Shown here one piece after another: positions 27,925 to 36,768 of a DNA stretch of 64,000 nucleotides (within the stretch, counting starts at the first letter, position 1; each line of letters begins with the position of its first letter). This DNA comes from Christensenella sp. UBA7102. Lineage in GTDB: Bacteria; Bacillota; Clostridia; Christensenellales; UBA1750. The position numbers and the translations under genes were made by a program. The stretch lies in NCBI GenBank assembly GCA_002492415.1, contig DKYK01000031.1:21629-85628 (forward strand), in the 5' to 3' direction. The notes beneath the pieces were generated by a model. It was not told where the DNA came from. It was given only the letters and a program-made list of their open reading frames with translations, and ran no database searches.

Positions 27925-28796
27925 AGCTCGACCGGCTGCTGGGCATTGTGACCTACCTGCTGCGCCATGAGCAGGCCACGGCAGGGGAGCTTGCAGAGCG
28001 GTTTGAAGTGTCGCGGCGTACCGTGCTGCGCGATGTGGACGCCATCTGCTGCGCAGGCATTCCGCTGGTCACAGCGCAGGGCAGCGGCGGAGGCATCCGT
28101 ATCCAGCCCGGCTATCGCATCGACGCGAGCCTGTTGACCGAACCCGAACTGCGCGCAGTGCTGGCGGGCGTGCAGGCAATGGACAGCGTGACGGGCCGGG
28201 CACATGGCCGCGATGTGTCGGAAAAGCTGGCCGCGCCGGTGCAGGAGGACTGGATTTGCATCGATTTATCCGCGGGAGCGGCATTGTTTGAGCGTATTCG
28301 CGACGCGATTCTCGGCTGCCGAGCGCTGCGCATCGACTACTGCTCCGCACACGGCAGCAGCACGCGCGTGGTGGAACCGCATCAGCTGGCGTTTAAGTGG
28401 GGTGGGTGGTATCTGATTGCCTATTGCCGCCTGCGCGGAGAATTCCGACTGTTCCGGCTGGGGCGCATCCGCGAAGCGCAGGACGCGGGGGAAGAATTTG
28501 CGCGCAAAAAGATCCCGGAAGGCATGCTGCTCCCCAATCCGGAGGAGCCGCCCTGTAAACTGACCGCGCTGTACGCGCCGCAGGTGCGACATCGTCTGCT
28601 CGACGCGTTTGCGCAAGAGGTGGAGGAGATGCCCGACGGGCGGCTGCGCGCGACGCTGTGCTTTGCGTCGGGGAGCCAACGGCTTTCCTGGGCGCTGGAG
28701 TTTGGCGCGAACATTGCGGTGATGGAGCCGGAGTCGGTGCGCGAAGAGATTCTGCGGCAAGCGCGGGAAATTTTGACGAGAGAAAACGAAAAGTGA
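27921..28796 (+). CDS. YafY-type transcriptional regulator (HTH + WYL + C-terminal extension)
   Basis: GTG 27921 lies just after an AGGAGG SD (27914-27919). N-terminal HTH (LDRLLGIVTYLLRHEQATAGELAERFEVSRRTVLRDVD) and a WYL core (WGGWYLIAYCRLRGEFRLFRLGRI). Confidence 0.85.
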   Translation: MKLDRLLGIVTYLLRHEQATAGELAERFEVSRRTVLRDVDAICCAGIPLVTAQGSGGGIRIQPGYRIDASLLTEPELRAVLAGVQAMDSVTGRAHGRDVSEKLAAPVQEDWICIDLSAGAALFERIRDAILGCRALRIDYCSAHGSSTRVVEPHQLAFKWGGWYLIAYCRLRGEFRLFRLGRIREAQDAGEEFARKKIPEGMLLPNPEEPPCKLTALYAPQVRHRLLDAFAQEVEEMPDGRLRATLCFASGSQRLSWALEFGANIAVMEPESVREEILRQAREILTRENEK

Positions 28797-28853
28797 CAAA
28801 ACGGTGTCATCTTCGGTCAAGTACACTGGATACAGAAAGGAGATGACGCTTTG

Positions 28854-29126
28854 ATGTGTACATCACGATGCGGTACCCAATGCAATGTCTGCACCTACCA
28901 TTTGGCGGGAAAATGTCCCGGCTGCCTTGTGCAGACACAGCCTTTTTGGGGAAAGTGCCCGGTTAAGGGCTGCTGCGAGGGCAGGGGCCACGCGCACTGC
29001 GGCCTATGTCCGGACTTCGTGTGCAAGCTGGCGCACGAGTTTGCCTACGACCCGAAGGAGGGCGACAACGGAGCGCGCCTGGTAAACTGCCGCCGTTGGG
29101 CGGAGGAAGCGGAGCATAAGAGTTGA
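28854..29126 (+). CDS. Cys-rich DUF3795-like protein
   Basis: About 90 aa with 13 Cys (CGTQCNVCTYHLAGKCPGC...CPVKGCC...HCGLCPDFVC). AAAGGAGA SD. A TTG at 28851 is an alternative start. Confidence 0.7.
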   Translation: MCTSRCGTQCNVCTYHLAGKCPGCLVQTQPFWGKCPVKGCCEGRGHAHCGLCPDFVCKLAHEFAYDPKEGDNGARLVNCRRWAEEAEHKS

Positions 29127-29141
29127 GGAAGGGGGAAAAAC

Positions 29142-29564
29142 GTGGCATTCTTTACACCGGTGTTTCACTTCGGCGGGCAATGTGCGGAGGCGATGGCGTT
29201 CTATGCGCAGGCTCTGGGCGGAAGAATTCACTGCCGCATGACTTATGCGGACGCGAACCCGGCGGATTGCGCTGTAAAATCTGGCGCGGAAGAGCTGATC
29301 TACCATGCGGAAATGGAGCTGTTCGGCCAGCGGTTTATGATGGCGGACGATCTGGACGTGCCGTATGCGCCCAGCAGCGCGATGTTTCTGAACGTCACCT
29401 TCGAGACGAAGGAGGCGGTGCGCGCCGCGTTTGACGCGCTGAGTCCGGGTGCGCAGCGCATCCTTTATGCGCCGCGTACCACGGCGTACAGCTCCTGCCA
29501 CAGTTCGCTCATTGATCGGTTCGGCATTCGCTGGACGTTGATGACCGAGCAGACCGAGCGCTGA
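29142..29564 (+). CDS. VOC/glyoxalase-fold protein (PhnB-like)
   Basis: 140 aa, GTG start. FHFGGQCAEAMAFYAQALGG ... IYHAEMELFGQRFMMADD is typical of PhnB-like VOC proteins. Confidence 0.75.
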   Translation: MAFFTPVFHFGGQCAEAMAFYAQALGGRIHCRMTYADANPADCAVKSGAEELIYHAEMELFGQRFMMADDLDVPYAPSSAMFLNVTFETKEAVRAAFDALSPGAQRILYAPRTTAYSSCHSSLIDRFGIRWTLMTEQTER

Positions 29565-29621
29565 AACGATTGACAGGCGAGGGATCAGCTGCGCAAACTC
29601 GCCAGATTTACAGGAGGAAAA

Positions 29622-30044
29622 ATGGAAAAGATTGAGATCATCCCGTACCTCGAATTTAACGGGAACTGTGAGGAAGCCGTCAACGCCTATATCGAGGCGT
29701 TTGGCGGTGAGATCCGCTGGATGTCCCGCTTTTCTGAGAGCACGGCGGAGACGCCGGAGCTAATCGGGAAGGTAATGCACGCGGAGTTTGACATTGGCAA
29801 TACGCGCATGGCAGGGGCCGATGGCGCCGGCTACGGCGGAGAAAGGGTGGGCATCAAGCTGATGATTCACATGAACTCAGAGGAGGAAGCCCTGCACGCG
29901 CTGTCTGTGCTGGCCAAGGGAGGGATCATGCTTTCCCCGCTGCGTCCGCATCCGGAACCGGATGACGCTGGCTGCGGTTCCATCGTGAAAGACCGCTTTG
30001 GCTACACCTGGATCATCACCTGCCCCAATCCGGCTAAGCAGTAA
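29622..30044 (+). CDS. VOC/glyoxalase-fold protein (PhnB-like), tandem paralog
   Basis: 140 aa. CAGGAGG SD. LEFNGNCEEAVNAYIEAFGG ... VMHAEFDIGNTRMAGAD has the same architecture as the preceding gene. Confidence 0.75.
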   Translation: MEKIEIIPYLEFNGNCEEAVNAYIEAFGGEIRWMSRFSESTAETPELIGKVMHAEFDIGNTRMAGADGAGYGGERVGIKLMIHMNSEEEALHALSVLAKGGIMLSPLRPHPEPDDAGCGSIVKDRFGYTWIITCPNPAKQ

Positions 30045-30112
30045 GAGCAGACCAACGCTTTGCATGCTTTCGCAGCCTCTGATCCCTGCGGATGTAACAG
30101 GAAAAAATGGAA

Positions 30113-30157
30113 CGCCGCGCGTCCGGTGAAAAAGTCGGACGCACGGCGCAATTTTTG
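30113..30157. terminator. bidirectional intrinsic terminator (VOC / lipoprotein convergent pair)
   Basis: CGCCGCGCGTCCG-N10-CGGACGCACGGCG (one mismatch) followed by CAATTTTTGG. An A6 run upstream serves the minus strand. Confidence 0.7.
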
Positions 30158-30172
30158 GATTTTGGAGTTGAA

Positions 30173-30619
30173 TTATTCGACGGTAAAGAAATAGGTGGCC
30201 CACTGGGAGACGACGCCGTCGCCATCGGTGACGTACAGCTCCAGCTTTTCCAAGGAGGCGTCCACTGTCAAGGCGACGGAGGGTTCCTTGACCACGACGG
30301 GATCGCCGCCATTTACGCGATAGCACACCGATGCGATGCCGCTGGCATGCGTGCCGGTCAACGCAAGCGTGTCGCCGACCTTGACAGGGTTATAGATGTT
30401 GGAATCCACAGGCGGGGCTTCCTCGCCCTCGGCGGGGGTAGCGGTGGGTTCTGCAGCGGGATCCTGCTCGGGCGTCGCGGCCAGCTCGGTTTCGCCGCAG
30501 GTGACCACGGCGGTGGGACGATCCACATCGTCCTCGTTGACGGTGGGGGCCGCGACGCAGCCGGTCAACGCCAGCGTGCAGACCGCAAAGAGCGCGACAA
30601 GAGAGAGAAACTTTTTCAT
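30173..30619 (-). CDS. lipoprotein of unknown function
   Basis: 148 aa. Signal peptide with lipobox (MKKFLSLVALFAVCTLALTGC), an acidic/Pro-rich linker, then a beta-rich C-terminal domain. AAGGAG SD. Confidence 0.8.
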   Translation of the reverse strand: MKKFLSLVALFAVCTLALTGCVAAPTVNEDDVDRPTAVVTCGETELAATPEQDPAAEPTATPAEGEEAPPVDSNIYNPVKVGDTLALTGTHASGIASVCYRVNGGDPVVVKEPSVALTVDASLEKLELYVTDGDGVVSQWATYFFTVE

Positions 30620-30655
30620 ATGCGTTGGTACTCCTTTTAGCGATAGCGGTGGGGA

Positions 30656-31750
30656 TCAGATCTCCAGCGGGATCAGGCCGTCGATGCCGGTGATGCCCAG
30701 GCCCGGCCCTTCGGCAGGGGTGATGATGCTGTCGGTGAACTGCGCGCCGCCGTGCACGGGATTGGACTTGCACAGCGCAGGACCGTCCAAGTCGATGCGG
30801 GTGATGATGCCGCGCGCCAGCGCCGCATGCGCCGCCGCGGTCACGGCCACGTTGCCCTCGAGCATACAGCCCATCATGCACTCGACGCCGCAAGCCTTTG
30901 CGATGGAGGCAATGGACATGGCGCCGTAAAGGCCTCCGGTCTTCATCAGCTTGATGTTGACCAGGTCCGCCGCGTGGGTGCGGATGATCTCAATGGCATC
31001 GGAGGCGGAGAACACACTCTCGTCGGCGAGGATCGGAGTATCGACATTCGCAGTGACATAGCGCATGCCCTCAATGTCGTGCGCCTTGACGGGTTGCTCG
31101 ACCAGATCGGCATCCAGACCGGCATCCTCCAGCGTCTTGATGATGCGCACTGCCTGACGGGGCGTCCAGCCCTGGTTGGCATCCACACGGATGACGGAAT
31201 CCGCCGGGATTGCCGCCTTGATGGCGGTCAGGCGCTCCACGTCCAGAGCGACGTCGTTGCCCACTTTGACCTTGAGGATGCGGAAACCGCGCTGCGCGGC
31301 CGTGACCGCGTCGCGCACCATTTCCTCCACGGGGTTGACGGAGATGGTGATGTCGGTCTCCAGCCGCTGCTTCGCACCGCCCAGCAGCTTGTACAGCGGC
31401 ACGTTCCAGCGCTTGCCCACCAGGTCGTACAGCGCGATTTCCACCGCGGCCTTGGCGGAGGTGTTGTGCACCATGCTGCTCTCAATGACGTCGTGCAGCT
31501 CGTCAAAGCAGTCCACCGTGCGGCCGATCAGCTTGGGGGCGATGAAGTATTGGATTGCGCCCGCGATGGAGGGAATGGTGTCGCCCGTGATGACGGCGGT
31601 GGGCGGCGCCTCGCCATAGCCCACCGCACCCTCGTCGGTCTCCACCTCTACGACCAGGTTTTCGATGGCGTTGACCGTGCGAAGCGCCGTCTTAAAAGGC
31701 GTGATGAGCGGTATGTTCATCGTATACAGCCGGACAGCTGTGATCTTCAT
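30656..31750 (-). CDS. dipeptide (L-Ala-D/L-Glu) epimerase, enolase superfamily
   Basis: ATG 31750 (MKITAVRLYTMNIPLITPFKTALRTV) follows an AAGGAG SD. KVKVG motif and the metal-ligand pattern VDANQGW ... LVEQP ... ILADES. Confidence 0.85.
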   Translation of the reverse strand: MKITAVRLYTMNIPLITPFKTALRTVNAIENLVVEVETDEGAVGYGEAPPTAVITGDTIPSIAGAIQYFIAPKLIGRTVDCFDELHDVIESSMVHNTSAKAAVEIALYDLVGKRWNVPLYKLLGGAKQRLETDITISVNPVEEMVRDAVTAAQRGFRILKVKVGNDVALDVERLTAIKAAIPADSVIRVDANQGWTPRQAVRIIKTLEDAGLDADLVEQPVKAHDIEGMRYVTANVDTPILADESVFSASDAIEIIRTHAADLVNIKLMKTGGLYGAMSIASIAKACGVECMMGCMLEGNVAVTAAAHAALARGIITRIDLDGPALCKSNPVHGGAQFTDSIITPAEGPGLGITGIDGLIPLEI

Positions 31751-31855
31751 TTTTAAAGCGCTCCTTTGCAAAAGAGTATCAAACTGCTACCCATTATACG
31801 CCAAAAGAGCGCTCGAAACAAGATGTTCCGCGTGAATTATTGGAGGACGTTCCCG

Positions 31856-32332
31856 TCACGCTGCATTGAGCAACGCGATACTGACGTTAAGCGCCAGCGC
31901 AAAGCCGCCCCAGAGCAGGTGCGGCAGCAGCAGGAACATGGACGCGCGGTTTGCCGGGCGCAGCAGGCATATGAGCCAGACGAGCGCGCCCAGCAGTGCC
32001 AGTAGCACTGCACAGGCAGTCGACGGCGCATGCAGATGGAAAAACACTGCCGACCACAGCACGTTGAGCACGCCCACGGCACACAGCAGGCTGACGATGG
32101 TGGGGGATATCGCTTCATTGCGGCGAAGCAACAGGTAGATGGCTGCGATTGCGCATAGGTACACGATGCCCCAGGCGAGAGGAAACGCCCAATCCGGCGG
32201 GGTAAAGGACGGCTTGCACAGCGAGAGATACCAGCTTCCCTTGGAATCGGTCAACAGCGCGGAGAGCGCAGCTACAGCCGCGACCGGCAGCACGGAGAGC
32301 ACCAGCGCGGATATGACAGATTGCTTTTTCAT
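31856..32332 (-). CDS. TspO/MBR (tryptophan-rich sensory protein) family membrane protein
   Basis: ATG 32332 (MKKQSVISALVL) follows a GGGAGGTG SD, giving 158 aa and 5 TM segments. KPSFTPPDWAFPLAWGIVY motif. The track N-terminus (TTG 32584) overlaps the HAD gene and is rejected. Confidence 0.85.
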   Translation of the reverse strand: MKKQSVISALVLSVLPVAAVAALSALLTDSKGSWYLSLCKPSFTPPDWAFPLAWGIVYLCAIAAIYLLLRRNEAISPTIVSLLCAVGVLNVLWSAVFFHLHAPSTACAVLLALLGALVWLICLLRPANRASMFLLLPHLLWGGFALALNVSIALLNAA

Positions 32333-32390
32333 AAAAACACCTCCCTGTACACGATAGCATGTGCAGAAAGGCGTGGTTTTTATGACAAAT

Positions 32391-33032
32391 TCAGCGTGAA
32401 AACAGCGCACGCGCGAGCCGGGGGAGATCGCAAAAGCGCTCCAGTACGGCGTCGGGAGAGATGGCGCTGCCAAAGCCATAGGCGGCATGGACAAAGGGAA
32501 TGCCGGCCTGTCTCGCGGCACGCTCGTCCCCGTCCGTGTCGCCCAAATAGAAGGCGCGGGGATGACCGGCGTTTTCCAGCACAAGGCGGATGTTGTCCCC
32601 CTTGAGCAATCCCGTGTCGCCCGGGCAGGCGCGGCCGGAGAACAGGGGCCAGGCGTCGTTTAGATCCAGAAAGATCTCAATATAGCCGCTCTCGCAGTTG
32701 CTGATGATGAACAGGTCGTAGTCGCGATGCAGCGCATCCAGCGTTTTGAGCACGCCGTCATACAGCCTGCCGCCACCGTGGGCGCGCAGAAATTCGTGCT
32801 CGTGCGCGCTGCATTCGTCCATAATCGCCAGCGACTGTTCTTCTGTCAGGGTAGGCATCATCAGGCGCGCGATCTGCTGGGTGGTCTTGCCCATGTAAGC
32901 GCACATGCGCTCGGGTGTGAGCGGGTCCCCGGCCTCTGGATGGCGTGCGAGCACTTCGTTCCAAGCGTGCACGCATCCCTCCACGCTGTCCCAAAGCGTG
33001 CCGTCCAAATCAAACAGGATCGCATCCTTCAT
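32391..33032 (-). CDS. HAD family hydrolase (phosphoglycolate-phosphatase-like)
   Basis: ATG 33032 (MKDAILFDLDGTLWDS) follows a GGAGGAGG SD. YLGDTDGDERAARQAG motif. Confidence 0.85.
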   Translation of the reverse strand: MKDAILFDLDGTLWDSVEGCVHAWNEVLARHPEAGDPLTPERMCAYMGKTTQQIARLMMPTLTEEQSLAIMDECSAHEHEFLRAHGGGRLYDGVLKTLDALHRDYDLFIISNCESGYIEIFLDLNDAWPLFSGRACPGDTGLLKGDNIRLVLENAGHPRAFYLGDTDGDERAARQAGIPFVHAAYGFGSAISPDAVLERFCDLPRLARALFSR

Positions 33033-33122
33033 GCGGCGTTCCTCCTCCGTGCGTTTACAAGTACCACAAGCATAGCACAGAGATGTTAATTTTTTTCGCA
33101 ACCGCGGAAAAAAAGCGCGCAA

Positions 33123-33272
33123 TCAGCGACGTTTCCGCCTGCGCATGGCGAGCAGTATGGCGACCGCGAGCGCTGCCGCACCTAACAGCAGCGGCAGCAG
33201 CATGAGCAGCGATCCGCCGGAGGATGGAAAGATCGGCGGTTCATAGATGACATCGCAAAACAAGGGGAGCAT
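33123..33272 (-). CDS. 49-aa membrane peptide resembling a stand-alone cell-wall sorting / anchor signal
   Basis: Below the track size cut-off. ATG 33272 lies 7 nt after a GGAGGTG SD and 16 nt after the stop of the upstream gene. Sequence MLPLFCDVIYEPPIFPSSGGSLLMLLPLLLGAAALAVAILLAMRRRKRR. Confidence 0.5.
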   Translation of the reverse strand: MLPLFCDVIYEPPIFPSSGGSLLMLLPLLLGAAALAVAILLAMRRRKRR

Positions 33273-33287
33273 AACGTACACCTCCGA

Positions 33288-34097
33288 TTATTTCTTTTTC
33301 ACGACATACAGGATGACGATGAGCACGGCTGAGACCATTACGACCAATGCGACGCCGACGCAGATCAGGATCAGCGCGGCCGAATGCGAGGCGGCGGGGG
33401 TGGCTTGGGCGGACTGTGTGGGCTGCGCAGTTTGCGCGGGCTGCATGGTAGGAGCGGGCGTGGCGGCGGCCAGCGAGACGGGCTCTGTGCGGCAGGGGTC
33501 GGGGACATAGACCCAACCTTCGTCTCCGTATACATAGGGAAAATTGACCCACTGTGCACCGGTTTCATCCGTATAGACATAACCGGCCCAGTCCTTCCAC
33601 GCAAAGCTGTCGTCCGGCTGGAAAGGATAGCCGGTTTCGCTGCCCGGATAGCTCCACAGCATCCATTCGCCCTCGCCGGTCAGTTCCGCCGGCTCGCCCG
33701 CGTAGGGCTGAACCTCCGCCGCATGATCGGCAAGAAAGTCGCGCGTATCGTACACCGGGGACAGCAGGCGCAGATCAATCCAGCCGCTGATCCAGTCCTC
33801 GCCCTGGCGCGTGTCGGTCGCGCCCCACTCCACGCCGTCAGCATCCGTGTAGACGAAGCCGACGTATACGTTCTCTCCGGCGGAGACGGACCACTTGGAC
33901 ATGCTGTCGCCGGGGGCATCGTAGACGGGAACCTCATCAAAGACAGCATACGCCTTGTCACGGTAGACGCATTCGTCGCGGTGCGCATCGTAGAAGCTGT
34001 TGCCAATGGGTTCCCAAACCACATCCGCGTGCGCGGCGGGCACGAACAGTGCGCAGCACAGCAACAGGGACAAAACCAGGGTAAGCAGTCGTTTCAT
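33288..34097 (-). CDS. secreted, C-terminally membrane-anchored protein with two W/Y/D-rich (SH3b-like) repeats
   Basis: 269 aa. GAGGAGG SD. Signal peptide MKRLLTLVLSLLLCCALFVPAAHA. Repeats VYVGFVYTDADGVEWG and WAGYVYTDETGAQWV. A P/T/Q/A-rich linker, then a C-terminal TM segment ending in KKK. Confidence 0.75.
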   Translation of the reverse strand: MKRLLTLVLSLLLCCALFVPAAHADVVWEPIGNSFYDAHRDECVYRDKAYAVFDEVPVYDAPGDSMSKWSVSAGENVYVGFVYTDADGVEWGATDTRQGEDWISGWIDLRLLSPVYDTRDFLADHAAEVQPYAGEPAELTGEGEWMLWSYPGSETGYPFQPDDSFAWKDWAGYVYTDETGAQWVNFPYVYGDEGWVYVPDPCRTEPVSLAAATPAPTMQPAQTAQPTQSAQATPAASHSAALILICVGVALVVMVSAVLIVILYVVKKK

Positions 34098-34124
34098 GGA
34101 ACATACCTCCTCAAATTGATGGCA

Positions 34125-34451
34125 TTATAGCAGATGATTGAGCAACAATCCAGCAAAATACGAAAAGGCGTTGATGGCCAGCGAAAACAGGAAGGGGCGG
34201 CGCAACCAGTCGGCGCAGGTCCGATAAACCAGGCCCTCGACCCCCACGGCAGCAAGCTCCATTGCGGCGGTGAGGAGCGGGGATGGGAACAGCGTGCACA
34301 GCAGCACCACCGGCGGATTGGTCAGCAGATTGACCAGGGCGACCAGCAGCAGGCGGCGGGATGTGCGCGCGCCGGCAAGGAATGCAAACGCGCCCTCGAA
34401 CAGCAGCGTCAGCAGCAGAGAGATGAGCAGAGCGACGATCAGTCTAGACAT
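34125..34451 (-). CDS. small 4-TM membrane protein, unknown function
   Basis: 108 aa. The ATG overlaps the stop of the upstream MFS gene by 8 nt. Four hydrophobic segments. I recognise no family. Confidence 0.65.
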   Translation of the reverse strand: MSRLIVALLISLLLTLLFEGAFAFLAGARTSRRLLLVALVNLLTNPPVVLLCTLFPSPLLTAAMELAAVGVEGLVYRTCADWLRRPFLFSLAINAFSYFAGLLLNHLL

Positions 34452-35490
34452 GGCGTTGTACCTGTGCGCGATGAGGGCGGCCTTTCACGCCGGGCAGCAT
34501 GAGCAGCGCGGAGAGCACGCACAGCGCCGCGAGCAGCCAGTTTGCACTGGCGGCGCTCCATCCCAAGCCCACCGGCGCAAAGCCCAGGAACAGCGCGAAC
34601 GTGAGCAGCCCAAAGGAGAAGCCCTTGCAGCCCGGCATGCGCTGCGCCAGCGCCCACAGCGTCACGGGCATGGTCATGTTGAACAGAAAGACCGCTGCGA
34701 CTCCGGCGTAGGGGTTGTCTGCAAAGAAGAACAGCACCGCGGCAGCCAGCAGCGACAGCAGGGAGGCCGCCCGCGCGCCCAGTACATCCATCGCAAAGCC
34801 CCCCGCGCATTTGCCCAGCATCACCGCAAGCGTCGTAAACAGCGCCCAGTTTCCCGAGCTCTTCCACTCAAAGCGCATGGTCATGCCCGCGTAGGAGCGG
34901 ATGACCACCACCAGAAACAGGCACAGCGCAGGCAGCAGCACATCAAACCGGGCCGTGCCGCGCAGGGAGAGCGGCGCGTTGTGCGAAGCGCGCAGTACGC
35001 CCGTGTGCCGCGCCATGAGCAGGATTGCGGCCAGCGCAGCCAACATCATCCCGGCGCCGCCGGCCAGTGGAAAGTCGCCCTTGCCCAGCATCGTGCCCAC
35101 AAACAAGCCCAAAGCGCCGGGACAGACATAGACGCCCAGCGCGCCCGCCTTGCTGCCGCTGTCGTCCAGCACGTCCACGCCGCCGCCCACGTGGAACAGC
35201 GCGTTGCCAAGGCCTGCGACGACGACGGCGGCCATGGGCAGACTGTATAGCGCAAACGAGGCGGCGACCAGCGCGCAGCCCGCCGCGGCGATCAGTGCAT
35301 TGCGGCTGAGTTTGTCTGCCAACAGCCCAAGGGGCATTTGCAGTGCAAAGGCACAGTAGTTGTAGACCAGGTAGAACAAAGAAGCGTCGAACATGCCTTG
35401 GGCCAGACGGAACAGGAGCAGCGCGCAGCACAGATCCACCAGGAAGTGCGCAAAAGAGTAGACGGCAAGCCGCGTGCGGGTTGAGTGCAT
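34444..35490 (-). CDS. compact 12-TM MFS-type transporter, unknown substrate
   Basis: ATG 35490 (MHSTRTRLAVYSF) follows a GGGAGG SD. Two 6-TM halves, each with a motif-A-like loop (GLLADKLSRN; GGFAMDVLGARA). Confidence 0.7.
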   Translation of the reverse strand: MHSTRTRLAVYSFAHFLVDLCCALLLFRLAQGMFDASLFYLVYNYCAFALQMPLGLLADKLSRNALIAAAGCALVAASFALYSLPMAAVVVAGLGNALFHVGGGVDVLDDSGSKAGALGVYVCPGALGLFVGTMLGKGDFPLAGGAGMMLAALAAILLMARHTGVLRASHNAPLSLRGTARFDVLLPALCLFLVVVIRSYAGMTMRFEWKSSGNWALFTTLAVMLGKCAGGFAMDVLGARAASLLSLLAAAVLFFFADNPYAGVAAVFLFNMTMPVTLWALAQRMPGCKGFSFGLLTFALFLGFAPVGLGWSAASANWLLAALCVLSALLMLPGVKGRPHRAQVQRHV

Positions 35491-35627
35491 AAGGAGCCTC
35501 CCTTGCGAGGTGATAAGACGCATATCCAATATAATCCTTTGACGGCACAATGGATAGAAAAGTTGCGAAAATTGGGCAGATGGTGTATAATAATAAAAAA
35601 CATAAAAAAGAAAGAGGGGTACGCAAT

Positions 35628-36752
35628 ATGACCTATCTGGGACAAGAGATACCGAAACTGGGCTTCGGACTGATGCGGCTGCCGATGATCGGCGACGAGG
35701 TGGACATCGAACAGACCAAGCAGATGGTGGACCTGTTTCTGAGCAAGGGCTTTACCTACTTTGACACCGCGTATGGTTACCTGGGCGGCAAGAGCGAGAT
35801 GGCTGTAAAGACCGCTCTTGTGGACCGCTATCCGCGGGAGAGCTTCCAGCTGGCGACCAAGCTACCCGCTTGGGCAGGCGCCAACACCGCAGAGGAAGCG
35901 CAGGGCATGTTCTACACCTCGCTCGAGCGCACGGGCGCCGGGTATTTCGATTTTTATCTGCTGCACAATCTGGGTGACAGCCGCACGGAGGCCTTTGATC
36001 GCTTCAATATCTGGAATTTCCTTGCGGAGCAGAAGAAAAAGGGATTGATTAAGCATCTGGGCTTCTCCTTCCACGACAAGGCGGACAAGCTGGACGAGGT
36101 GCTGACGCTGCATCCGGACATGGAGTTTGTGCAGCTGCAGATCAACTATGCCGACTGGGAGAGCGCATCCATTCAGTCGCGCGCGTGTTATGAGGTGGCA
36201 AGAAAGCACGGCAAGCCCGTCATCATCATGGAGCCTGTCAAGGGCGGCTCGCTGGCCAACCTGCCCGCGCCCATCGAAAAGATATTCAAGGACGCCGCGC
36301 CGCAGGCCTCGCTGCCCTCCTGGGCCATCCGCTATGCCGCGTCGCTGGACGGACTGGTCACGGTGCTCTCGGGCATGTCCACGCTGGAGCAGATGCAGGA
36401 CAATCTCTCCTTCATGGAGCGCTTTGAGCCGCTGAGTGATGCGGAGAAGGCCGTGGTGGACAAGGCGCGCGCCGCGCTGGACGCGCTGCCGCAGATCCCC
36501 TGCACCGCCTGCCAGTACTGCGTCAAGGGCTGCCCGATGTCCATCAACATCCCCGGCATTTTCAAGGCGATGAACAACCAGCTGGTGTACGGCAACCGCG
36601 CCGGCGCGCTGGGTAACTTCGCCTTTGCCACCCGGAGCGGCGGCAAGCCCAGCCAGTGCATCGCCTGCGGCCAGTGCGAGGCTGCATGTCCTCAGCACAT
36701 CAACATCATTGCCGAGCTGCAGCGCGCGGTGGAGATGCTGGAAAACGCGTAA
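35628..36752 (+). CDS. aldo/keto reductase with C-terminal 2x[4Fe-4S] ferredoxin-like domain
   Basis: ATG 35628 (MTYLGQEIPKLGFGLMRLP) follows an AAAGAGGGG SD. AKR core (FDTAYGY) and C-terminal CTACQYCVKGCP / CIACGQCEAACP motifs. Confidence 0.85.
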   Translation: MTYLGQEIPKLGFGLMRLPMIGDEVDIEQTKQMVDLFLSKGFTYFDTAYGYLGGKSEMAVKTALVDRYPRESFQLATKLPAWAGANTAEEAQGMFYTSLERTGAGYFDFYLLHNLGDSRTEAFDRFNIWNFLAEQKKKGLIKHLGFSFHDKADKLDEVLTLHPDMEFVQLQINYADWESASIQSRACYEVARKHGKPVIIMEPVKGGSLANLPAPIEKIFKDAAPQASLPSWAIRYAASLDGLVTVLSGMSTLEQMQDNLSFMERFEPLSDAEKAVVDKARAALDALPQIPCTACQYCVKGCPMSINIPGIFKAMNNQLVYGNRAGALGNFAFATRSGGKPSQCIACGQCEAACPQHINIIAELQRAVEMLENA

Positions 36753-36768
36753 GCAATCGATGAAATTC

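Noticed and set aside
31856-32584. 242-aa track ORF implying a long N-terminal extension of TspO.
   Set aside because: The extension begins at a TTG and overlaps the 3' end of the HAD gene in another frame. ATG 32332 with a GGGAGGTG SD gives a canonical 158-aa, 5-TM TspO.
34444-34451. Possibility that the 348-aa and 108-aa membrane ORFs are one frameshifted MFS gene.
   Set aside because: The 348-aa protein already contains 12 predicted TM segments in two symmetric halves, each with its own motif-A-like loop. The 8-nt ATG/stop overlap looks like normal translational coupling.
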